A stretch of DNA of 64,000 nucleotides from the NCBI GenBank assembly GCA_046045965.1, contig JBJOKS010000010.1, positions 90,856 through 154,855 on the forward strand, in the 5' to 3' direction. Positions 10,395 through 18,751 of the stretch are shown in pieces (position 1 is the stretch's first letter; each line of letters begins with the position of its first letter). Position numbers and translations under genes: made by a program. Under the pieces are notes generated by a model. It worked only from the letters and a program-made list of their open reading frames with translations. It made no database searches and was not told where the DNA came from. This DNA comes from Cyanobacteriota bacterium. GTDB lineage: Bacteria; Cyanobacteriota; Cyanobacteriia; Cyanobacteriales; Nostocaceae.

Positions 10395-11858
10395 TTACGA
10401 ATTAACTTGTAATTCATAAATAGCGATTGGTTCATCTTTACCTTTAACTTTAACAGATTTATCTATCAGGTTCAATTTAAATAGTTCGGGATTAGATAAA
10501 CTTTTAACTACAGATTCTGTAACTAAAATACCACAATTATATTGTTTTGTTAATCCCTCAATGCGGGAAGCAACATTGACTGCATCACCAATAACTGTAG
10601 AATCCATGCGGGAAGTAAAACCCACAGTACCCATAACTACTGTACCACGATGAATGCCAATACCAACAGAAATTATTGGTAGCCCTTTTTGAGAACGATC
10701 ATAATTAAACAGTTCTAAAACCTGCTGCATTAAAATTGCTGCTTTTAAAGCTGAGTCTGTAGCTTCATCGTCAAACAGCGCCATAATAGCATCGCCTATA
10801 TATTTATCAATAAAACCACCATATTCATCTATAGCTTTTCCCATGCAAGCTAAATAGTCATTTAAAAATAAAAAAATTTCTATCGGTGTCATTGCTTCTG
10901 ACATGGAAGTATAACCGCGAATGTCACAGAATAAAATTGTCATTTTCCGGGTTGAAGCCATACCTACTTCAATGTTTTCTATTCCGTCAGGAGCGATGAC
11001 AGAAACAAATTTATCGGGAACAAATTTTTCAAATGATGCTAATGTTTTTTGCAATTTACTAAATGATATTTGTAATGCTGCGGACATTTCGTTGACAGAA
11101 GTTGCTAATGCGCCAATTTCATCTGCACGATGATGAATATCTGCACGATGTTGTAAATCTCCATCGGCAATTTTCGCCACACTCATTTGTAAACGCTGCA
11201 CGGGAACACTTAATTGGCGTGCTAAAATATATGCACAAATCCAACCAAAAGTTAATCCTATAGAACCTACTATTAAAGCTTGATTCACTGCATTATTAAC
11301 TGCAATATTGACTTTGTTTAATGATATGCCGATTCTTAATTTACCGAGTTTTTTATCAGATAGAGTGCGAATATCTGAAGCTACTTCTAGTATCGGTTCT
11401 CCCCGCTTTCCCCGCAATTTGTTCGCAAAATAAATATCACGGAGGAGAAATGTTTCGGCTATTTGAGTAGGTTGTTTGGTTTTGAGGACATTGTTTGTTA
11501 TATCTAAGGGTACAATATCAGGAATATAATTGTTTTGAAATTCACTAGGAGAAGCGGCAACTATTTGATGATCTTCAGATGAATCTGATATCATCACATA
11601 GACAATTTCTTTGTTTTCTCGCATTAATAAATCTAAATTTAACCGAATTTGACTCCAATTCTCTTCGGAAAATTCGTTAGAATAAGTATAACTTAAAATA
11701 TTAGATATGATTTTTGCATCATTGAGTTTTTCTTGACGGTAAAGAGTGCTTTCACTTTTTGCCCAAACGGTAACTATAGCAGCAACTAAACCCAGAATTA
11801 GTAAGGTGGTAGAAGTCAAAATTTGGGTGCGAATAGAACGAAAAGTTAATATTTTCAT
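10395..11858 (-). CDS. Membrane-bound HAMP-domain class III adenylyl cyclase
   Basis: Two TM helices flanking a periplasmic region, HAMP, then FCDIRGYT, DKYIGDAIM, STVIGDAVNVASRIE; ATG 11858 overlaps the upstream TGA (ATGA). Confidence 0.9.
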   Translation of the reverse strand: MKILTFRSIRTQILTSTTLLILGLVAAIVTVWAKSESTLYRQEKLNDAKIISNILSYTYSNEFSEENWSQIRLNLDLLMRENKEIVYVMISDSSEDHQIVAASPSEFQNNYIPDIVPLDITNNVLKTKQPTQIAETFLLRDIYFANKLRGKRGEPILEVASDIRTLSDKKLGKLRIGISLNKVNIAVNNAVNQALIVGSIGLTFGWICAYILARQLSVPVQRLQMSVAKIADGDLQHRADIHHRADEIGALATSVNEMSAALQISFSKLQKTLASFEKFVPDKFVSVIAPDGIENIEVGMASTRKMTILFCDIRGYTSMSEAMTPIEIFLFLNDYLACMGKAIDEYGGFIDKYIGDAIMALFDDEATDSALKAAILMQQVLELFNYDRSQKGLPIISVGIGIHRGTVVMGTVGFTSRMDSTVIGDAVNVASRIEGLTKQYNCGILVTESVVKSLSNPELFKLNLIDKSVKVKGKDEPIAIYELQVNS

Positions 11859-12883
11859 GGTTGTGGAATTAACTCTTCTACAAAAGTCACCCATCGTTGA
11901 TTTTTGGTTTTACTGGAACAATTATCACCAAAGGCCAATGTGACAGGACCCCCCATTTTTGCCGTAATTCTTTGTTTTTCTTCTCCCCATCTAGTAGCTA
12001 AAATGATATCACAATTAAGTATATCTTCTGTTGGTAGTTCTATCGGTTGATCGTTTTTCCGATAAGCTGGTGGTTTACCACGCACGATGACAGAATTATT
12101 AGAGTTTAAGTTGACACCTGCTAAAGAGAGAACATCACGCAGTCTCACACCCTGTAAGTTCACTTTACCACTCGGCCACCACACCCGATAACCAACATTT
12201 TGCGTCAGGGTAACTTGGGGTAATTTGTCTAAATCAGCTAAATTAAGTTCACGATCGCCTATTGTCACGTTGGCTTTTTCTGTGCCAAATATGACATGAG
12301 TTACATAAAATGCCCACATTCCCTCATTATACTTGCTTCTAATTTCTGGATGCTGAGTGTAGGGAAAGACTAAATAAAGCGGTCCTCCTTCATTGCGTAG
12401 AATTGGTTTACCATCTTTGGCAACTGCTAAAATAATTGGGTACTTGAGTAAATCTTCTACTTTGATAGTTACTTGATAAGCGTCATAACAAACAAAGGTA
12501 ATTTCCGTGACACCGCTTTGAATAGCAAATTTTTCTAATAGTGAATTTATGTTTATTCCCGTAAATTTAAATACTTTATTGGGGGTGACAATGTTATTAG
12601 CATCAACAGTGTTGATATTTACTGTAGCTAATTCCTGTAACTGTTTCCAAGTTAATGTTTCGGTTTTCCCTGTTGCTGTCTGACCTTGTATAACTAAATT
12701 CCATTCAGCTTGCTGGTTGTTTTTGGCTTTTTGTGCCACAATTTCAGCATTGCGATCGCTTGCTTCTTTACGCAATAATTCCAATTCATTATCTGTCGGT
12801 CTTTTTGTACAACCTCCCAAGCAGACCATAGCTATACCCAAAGATACTAAAGCTAAGTTTTTCCAGACTTTCAATATCACCAC
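11855..12883 (-). CDS. Lipoprotein with two tandem molybdopterin-oxidoreductase-like (PruR-like) domains
   Basis: Lipobox LGGC; twice the pattern GxxLxxLL...IILA...GGP; no Cys at the Mo-ligand position; start GTG 12883/12880 or TTG 12874, since the longer ORF is STRR read-through. Confidence 0.75.
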   Translation of the reverse strand: MVILKVWKNLALVSLGIAMVCLGGCTKRPTDNELELLRKEASDRNAEIVAQKAKNNQQAEWNLVIQGQTATGKTETLTWKQLQELATVNINTVDANNIVTPNKVFKFTGININSLLEKFAIQSGVTEITFVCYDAYQVTIKVEDLLKYPIILAVAKDGKPILRNEGGPLYLVFPYTQHPEIRSKYNEGMWAFYVTHVIFGTEKANVTIGDRELNLADLDKLPQVTLTQNVGYRVWWPSGKVNLQGVRLRDVLSLAGVNLNSNNSVIVRGKPPAYRKNDQPIELPTEDILNCDIILATRWGEEKQRITAKMGGPVTLAFGDNCSSKTKNQRWVTFVEELIPQP

Positions 12884-12918
12884 ATTCCAAACTATTATTT
12901 GAGACGGTTTACACAAAT

Positions 12919-13030
<112 letters not shown>

Positions 13031-13058
13031 AATAACATCTAATTTACTAGCAACTTTT

Positions 13059-16043
13059 ATGGTATTACAAGTACAAAATAACACTTACGAAGCGAAAACT
13101 CAGGAAATTGCTAAACAGGTTCTTGCTGCTACTCAAGAAAGTCGTTCTTTTTTGGCTTCTTTACGTGACCAAATGCGCTGGGATGATAAGTTACTCGCTT
13201 GGGCTATGAGTAATCCTGGGTTAAGAGTACAGTTATTCCGGTTTATAGATACTTTACCCGCTTTACACAGTAAATCAGAAATTGCCTCCCATTTGCAAGC
13301 ATATTTGGGTGATGAGTCAGTAGAATTACCCGCAGCTTTAAAGGGTTTGCTGAATTTTGCTAACCCTGATTCTATGCCAGGACAGGTAGCCGCGACAACT
13401 GTGGAAACTGCTGTGCAAACTTTAGCACATAAATATATTTCTGGGGAGAATATTCAACAAGTAATCAAAACGGTGGAAAAGCTTAGAAAAGAAAAGATGG
13501 CTTTCACTATTGATTTACTTGGGGAAGCGGTAATTACGGAGATGGAAGCACAATCTTATTTAGAAAGATACATAGAATTGATGCAGCAGTTAGTGGAAGC
13601 ATCAAAAAAATGGTCGCATATTCCCGCTATTGATGAAGCTGATGGGGAAATGATCCCTAAAGTTCAGGTTTCTGTAAAATTAACTGCGTTTTATTCCCAG
13701 TTTGATCCGTTAAATGCTGATGGTAGTGAACAACGGGTGAGCGATCGCATTAAAATTTTATTACGTCGTGCTAAGGAATTGGGTGCAGCAGTCCATTTTG
13801 ATATGGAACAGTACGCCTATAAGGATATCACTTTCACGATTCTCAAAAAGCTGTTAATGGAAGAGGAGTTCCGTCAACGTACAGATATCGGGATCACTAT
13901 CCAAGCATATCTGCGTGACAGTGAACAAGATGCAAAAGATATCATTGCGTGGTTAAAACAGCGCGGTTATCCTCTTACTATCCGTTTGGTTAAAGGTGCG
14001 TATTGGGATCAGGAAACTATTAAAGCTGAACAAAAACACTGGAAACAACCAGTTTTTAATGATAAAGTGGCAACAGATGCCAATTTTGAGGCAATAACTC
14101 AGCTTTTGTTAGAAAATCACGAGTATGTTTATTCTGCCATAGGTAGTCATAATGTGCGATCCCAATCTCGTGCGATCGCCATAGCAGAAAGTCTCAATGT
14201 TCCCCGTCGTCGCTTTGAAATGCAAGTGCTTTACGGCATGGGTGATAAAATAGCCAAAGCCTTGGTAGATAAGGGTTATCGAGTACGGGTTTATTGTCCC
14301 TACGGTGACTTGTTACCAGGAATGGCTTATTTAATTCGTCGTTTGCTGGAAAATACCGCAAATAGTTCGTTTTTACGGCAAAATCTGGAAAATAAGCCTG
14401 TTGATGAGTTGTTAGCTGCTCCAATTATAGATATGTTTCGCGCAAAGGCGCAAAGGAGCAAAGAAGAGAAGGAAGGGTTTGTTGGTGCTGCTGATACGGA
14501 TTATGCTGAGGAGGAGAAAAGAAGGGTTTCTCAAGCTGCTTTCCAAAATGTGCGTCAGCAGTTGGGTAAGATTTATTTACCTTTGATTAATGGTGAGTTT
14601 GTAAATACGACGACGGTTATTGATTCTCTTAATCCTTCTAATTTTAGTGAGGTGGTTGGTAAGGTTGGACTTATCAGCGTTGAACAAGCTGAGGAAGCAA
14701 TGAAAGCTGCTAAAGCTGCTTTTCCTGGTTGGAAGAAGACTCCAGTTAAGCAACGTGCTGATATTCTGCGGAAAGCTGCTGATTTGATGGAATTAAGACG
14801 CGCTGAGTTATCTGCGTGGATTGTTTTGGAGGTTGGTAAACCTGTTAAGGAAGCTGATGCGGAAGTTTCGGAAGCGATTGATTTTTGTCGTTATTACGCT
14901 GATGAGATGGAACGTCTGGATAAAGGTGTAATTTATGACGTTGCTGGAGAAACTAATCGTTATATTTACCAACCTAAAGGAATTGCGGTTGTAATTTCTC
15001 CTTGGAATTTTCCTTTGGCTATAGCTTGCGGGATGACTGTTGCTGCTTTGGTTTCAGGAAATTGTACTTTGCTCAAACCTGCGGAAACATCTTCTGTGAT
15101 TACTTCTAAGTTGACGGAAATTTTGATGGAAGCGGGAATACCCAAAGGTGTTTTTCAATACGTTCCTGGTAAGGGTTCTCAAGTTGGCGCGTATTTGGTG
15201 AATCATCCTGATACTCATGTGATTGCTTTTACTGGTTCGCAGGAAGTGGGATGTCGAATTTACGCAGAAGCAGCAATTTTAAAACCTGGTCAAAAGCATC
15301 TGAAGAAAGTAATTGCGGAGATGGGTGGGAAGAATGCAATTATTGTTGATGAAAGTGCTGATTTAGACCAGGCTGTAGTGGGAGTTGTGCAGTCTGCTTT
15401 TGGTTACAGTGGTCAAAAATGTTCTGCTTGTTCACGGGTAATTGTTCTGCAACCTATTTATGATGCTTTTGTGGAAAGGTTGGTGGAAGCTACTAAGTCT
15501 TTAAACATTGGTGAAGCGGAGTTACCCAGTACCCAAGTTGGTCCTGTGATTGATGGAAATGCACGCGATCGCATTTTAGAATATATTGAGATTGGAAAAA
15601 AAGAAGCTAATTTAGCTTTGGAGTTATCTGCATCAACTCAAGGTTATTTTATCGGACCTGTGATTTTTTCTGAAGTTCCCCCCGATGGAGTAATTGCACA
15701 GCAGGAAATATTTGGTCCTGTTTTATCGGTGATTCGTGCTAAGGATTTTACGGAAGCTTTGAAAATTGCCAACTCCACAAATTACGCTTTAACAGGTGGT
15801 ATTTATTCTCGTACACCTTCCCACATTGAACAAGCACAGGCAGAATTTGAAGTTGGTAATTTGTATATTAACCGGAATATTACCGGGGCAATTGTGGCAC
15901 GTCAACCTTTTGGCGGTTTTAAACTTTCTGGTGTGGGTTCAAAAGCAGGTGGACCTGATTATTTATTGCAGTTTTTAGAACCAAGGAGTATTACAGAGAA
16001 CATTCAACGTCAGGGTTTTGCACCGATAGAAGGTAATGAGTAA
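13059..16043 (+). CDS. putA: Bifunctional proline dehydrogenase / glutamate-semialdehyde dehydrogenase
   Basis: RLVKGAYW, YLIRRLLEN; ALDH motifs FTGS, AEMGGKN, GQKCSAC. Confidence 0.95.
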   Translation: MVLQVQNNTYEAKTQEIAKQVLAATQESRSFLASLRDQMRWDDKLLAWAMSNPGLRVQLFRFIDTLPALHSKSEIASHLQAYLGDESVELPAALKGLLNFANPDSMPGQVAATTVETAVQTLAHKYISGENIQQVIKTVEKLRKEKMAFTIDLLGEAVITEMEAQSYLERYIELMQQLVEASKKWSHIPAIDEADGEMIPKVQVSVKLTAFYSQFDPLNADGSEQRVSDRIKILLRRAKELGAAVHFDMEQYAYKDITFTILKKLLMEEEFRQRTDIGITIQAYLRDSEQDAKDIIAWLKQRGYPLTIRLVKGAYWDQETIKAEQKHWKQPVFNDKVATDANFEAITQLLLENHEYVYSAIGSHNVRSQSRAIAIAESLNVPRRRFEMQVLYGMGDKIAKALVDKGYRVRVYCPYGDLLPGMAYLIRRLLENTANSSFLRQNLENKPVDELLAAPIIDMFRAKAQRSKEEKEGFVGAADTDYAEEEKRRVSQAAFQNVRQQLGKIYLPLINGEFVNTTTVIDSLNPSNFSEVVGKVGLISVEQAEEAMKAAKAAFPGWKKTPVKQRADILRKAADLMELRRAELSAWIVLEVGKPVKEADAEVSEAIDFCRYYADEMERLDKGVIYDVAGETNRYIYQPKGIAVVISPWNFPLAIACGMTVAALVSGNCTLLKPAETSSVITSKLTEILMEAGIPKGVFQYVPGKGSQVGAYLVNHPDTHVIAFTGSQEVGCRIYAEAAILKPGQKHLKKVIAEMGGKNAIIVDESADLDQAVVGVVQSAFGYSGQKCSACSRVIVLQPIYDAFVERLVEATKSLNIGEAELPSTQVGPVIDGNARDRILEYIEIGKKEANLALELSASTQGYFIGPVIFSEVPPDGVIAQQEIFGPVLSVIRAKDFTEALKIANSTNYALTGGIYSRTPSHIEQAQAEFEVGNLYINRNITGAIVARQPFGGFKLSGVGSKAGGPDYLLQFLEPRSITENIQRQGFAPIEGNE

Positions 16044-16050
16044 TTAATTT

Positions 16051-16075
16051 GTAGGGGTAATTCATGAATTACCCC
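16051..16075. repeat. GTAG-type REP-like hairpin
   Basis: GTAGGGGTAATTCATGAATTACCCC palindrome directly after putA. Confidence 0.6.
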
Positions 16076-16173
16076 ATTTTGAAATAACGAACCGCAGAGG
16101 ACGCAGAGAACGCAGAGAAAATACACAGAAAAAATAAGGTTTAAGAGATATTTTTTGTGAGTGTTTAATATCT

Positions 16174-16217
16174 ACATCCTGTAAATCCTTAAATCCTGGA
16201 TATCCTGATTCTGACAA
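16174..16217 (+). repeat. 44-bp dispersed repeat, copy 1
   Basis: ACATCCTGTAAATCCTTAAATCCTGGATATCCTGATTCTGACAA, identical to 16963-17006. Confidence 0.9.
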
Positions 16218-16232
16218 ATGGTAATATTTTGA

Positions 16233-16241
16233 TGTTATAAT
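16233..16241 (+). promoter_or_regulatory. Extended -10 promoter element
   Basis: TGtTATAAT 25 nt upstream of the ATG at 16267. Confidence 0.45.
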
Positions 16242-16266
16242 AATATATTAGGGTGTCTATATATTT

Positions 16267-16476
16267 ATGGGGAAGAAGGGTGATCTTAAACAAGTTGATG
16301 CAATTGCTAGAGAATTTCGGATGTCAGACGAATTAAGATATGATTTTGGTGAATTTATAGAGGAAGAAAAAAGAAATGGTTATGGTGGAACTTTAAATGA
16401 AAGAGGTGACTTTACATATCAGGAACTTAGACAAAAAGCTAAAGAATTTTTAGAGGGTATTAATTATGAGTCCTAA
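16267..16476 (+). CDS. Small hypothetical protein, possible toxin-tip-like domain
   Basis: 69 aa charged ORF with GYGGTLNERGDFTY motif; overlaps the next gene by 11 bp. Confidence 0.65.
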   Translation: MGKKGDLKQVDAIAREFRMSDELRYDFGEFIEEEKRNGYGGTLNERGDFTYQELRQKAKEFLEGINYES

Positions 16477-16957
16477 AACATCTCTTACTAATTCAATACT
16501 AACTCTCAATCAAATTATTCAACCCATTATTGGCGAAACTTGTCATCAAGTTAGATTTAGTTATGGTGATGAATTACGGTTACATTTTGGTGAAATGAAA
16601 CCTTATCATCATCCTAAATTAAAACATTTACGCAAAGGAAGCTGGCAACTTAGCACCAGAGCAACCCCTTGGTATGTAATGCAAAATGATCATTTTGTAC
16701 CACTATACACTACATATCGTGCTAAAATATTTTTAGAGCATTTAGAAAACAAAAAACTAACTAATTTTGTCATTGATCCTAATAAGAATTTTCAACTAAC
16801 CTTATCCTTTGAAGAGAGTTACGAACTGGTTTTAGAACCAGATTTAGAAGATGATTCTGGGCTTGCATATTGGGAATTATTAATGCCAAATGAGCAAATT
16901 TTAATAGTTGGACCTGGAGTGTTTTGGGAATGTAAATCAATTCATGAACGTGATTAG
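16466..16957 (+). CDS. Hypothetical protein, possible immunity-like partner
   Basis: 163 aa, coupled to the upstream ORF; C-terminal LTLSF...WEL..P...VGPG pattern. Confidence 0.7.
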   Translation: MSPKTSLTNSILTLNQIIQPIIGETCHQVRFSYGDELRLHFGEMKPYHHPKLKHLRKGSWQLSTRATPWYVMQNDHFVPLYTTYRAKIFLEHLENKKLTNFVIDPNKNFQLTLSFEESYELVLEPDLEDDSGLAYWELLMPNEQILIVGPGVFWECKSIHERD

Positions 16958-16962
16958 TCTAG

Positions 16963-17006
16963 ACATCCTGTAAATCCTTAAATCCTGGATATCCTGATTC
17001 TGACAA
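16963..17006 (+). repeat. 44-bp dispersed repeat, copy 2
   Basis: Identical to 16174-16217. Confidence 0.9.
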
Positions 17007-17091
17007 CCACCAATAATTATAATTAAAATTATATTTTCTAAATGTTAATATATCCCCGACTTCTTCAAAAAAGCCGGAGAGCTAAACCTAA

Positions 17092-17403
17092 TTATCTCTT
17101 AGGACACTGGGGTAAACTTTTCTCAGCATAATTACAATCAAAGTAAATTAATGCTTCTCTACTGGATCTAAAGTTTACACTTCGCAAATAACTGTCTTTT
17201 TGCGGATCTGCATCTTTATTCCAAATCTTTAAGTAGTAATCAGTACCATCATCACTAGACCATAACTCATAGCGGTACTCACCACCATAACCTTCACTCC
17301 TTAAGTAGTCAGCTAGTGCAGCATTATTAGCAGTCATAAGGGTAATTACGGTTAAGATAGGCAATAAAACCACTTTCAATATTTTAACTGTCTTCATAGA
17401 CAC
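17092..17403 (-). CDS. Small secreted hypothetical protein
   Basis: Signal peptide ending ALA-D, two C-terminal Cys. Confidence 0.75.
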   Translation of the reverse strand: MSMKTVKILKVVLLPILTVITLMTANNAALADYLRSEGYGGEYRYELWSSDDGTDYYLKIWNKDADPQKDSYLRSVNFRSSREALIYFDCNYAEKSLPQCPKR

Positions 17404-17666
17404 ACCTATTATCTCTTACAGTTCAATCATAATGTAACTGCGTACCAGTGTCGAGATAAAAACCAGTAAAATTTACCTAAACTTTATAAAAATGTATAAA
17501 ACTGTGCGCCTTTGTATTTGAGCGCAAAACAAAAACGCTAACATCCTCAAGATAGATATCTTCTCTCTTAAATTATGCAAAAATAAGAATAAAAACAGAT
17601 GTTAAAAAAAATGACCCCATTTTCTATTCTTAACTACTGAACTCCTATCCCCAGGAGGTATAACTT

Positions 17667-18599
17667 ATGATAGATAAAGATATAAGAATTGTTTCTTTAC
17701 TTCCTAGTGCTACCGAAATAGCTGCTACACTTGGTTTACAGGATGCTATTGTTGGGCGATCGCATGAATGTGACTATCCCCCAGAAATATCCCATATTCC
17801 TGTTTGTACCCAAGCACGTTTAAATTGTGAACAGCCTAGCAATATCATTAATGATGAAGTGAACAAGATATTGCAATCTGCTCTGAGTATTTACAAAATT
17901 AAAGTTGATATTTTAGAGAAATTGCAACCTACGCACATCCTCACTCAAGATCAATGTGATGTCTGTGCAGTCAGCTTACCAGAAGTGGAGAAAGCTGTTA
18001 CTCAACTTACCCACAGTTCACCGCAGATTATCTCTTTACAGCCTAACACACTGCGGGATGTGTGGGGTGATATTGAACGAGTTGGTCAAACCTTTGGGGT
18101 AGACTCAGTAAAAATCATTGAAAATTTAGAAGCCAGAGTTAAAATTTGTAACCGGAAAATCCAAGGACTTTCTGTTACAGAAATGCCTACAGTTGCTTGT
18201 ATCGAGTGGACTGATCCGGTGATCACGGCTGCAAATTGGATACCTGAATTAGTGAACTTAGCTGGTGGACAGACGTTATTTAGTGTTAGTGGTAAACCTT
18301 CTGCTCACATCAACTGGGAAACCTTGGTTGCTACTAACCCCGATGTCATAATTTTTATGCCGTGCGGTTTTAATTTACAACGGACTCAGCAAGAAGCGAA
18401 ACTATTAACTCAGCATTCAGAGTGGGAAAAACTACACGCTGTCAAAGCTGGGAGAGTATTCATTACTGATGGTAATGCCTATTTTAACCGACCCGGACCG
18501 CGTTTAGTTGACTCTGTGGAAATTTTAGCAGAAATTCTGCATCCAGAAATATTTGATTATGGTTATCAAGGTACTGGATGGCAAACTTTACACAACTAA
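17667..18599 (+). CDS. Cobalamin/Fe-siderophore substrate-binding family protein (BtuF-like)
   Basis: RIVSLLPSATEI, SHECDYP, FNRPGPRL; RBS AGGAGG. Confidence 0.85.
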   Translation: MIDKDIRIVSLLPSATEIAATLGLQDAIVGRSHECDYPPEISHIPVCTQARLNCEQPSNIINDEVNKILQSALSIYKIKVDILEKLQPTHILTQDQCDVCAVSLPEVEKAVTQLTHSSPQIISLQPNTLRDVWGDIERVGQTFGVDSVKIIENLEARVKICNRKIQGLSVTEMPTVACIEWTDPVITAANWIPELVNLAGGQTLFSVSGKPSAHINWETLVATNPDVIIFMPCGFNLQRTQQEAKLLTQHSEWEKLHAVKAGRVFITDGNAYFNRPGPRLVDSVEILAEILHPEIFDYGYQGTGWQTLHN

Positions 18600-18708
18600 G
18601 ATTAGCTGAAGCAACCGCCAAACACAGCCAGTCTGTAATACTTCCAAGGTACTGCCACAGTTGTCAAACCAATGGTCGAAAACATAGAAGTTAATGGAGT
18701 TCTCAAAT

Positions 18709-18743
18709 GGGTGCGTTAAGGTATTTAACTATTTAACGCACCC
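18709..18743. terminator. Inverted repeat between convergent genes
   Basis: GGGTGCGTTAA...TTAACGCACCC perfect 11-bp stem. Confidence 0.55.
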
Positions 18744-18751
18744 CAAAACAA

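Noticed and set aside
16174..17006. 44-bp direct repeats as a mini-CRISPR or IS ends
   Set aside because: Only two copies about 790 bp apart, direct rather than inverted, enclosing genes, with no transposase; kept only as a repeat-flanked cassette
18602..18685. 27-aa minus-strand micro-ORF (MFSTIGLTTVAVPWKYYRLAVFGGCFS)
   Set aside because: No RBS, no recognisable motif, and it lies beyond the hairpin that follows rel
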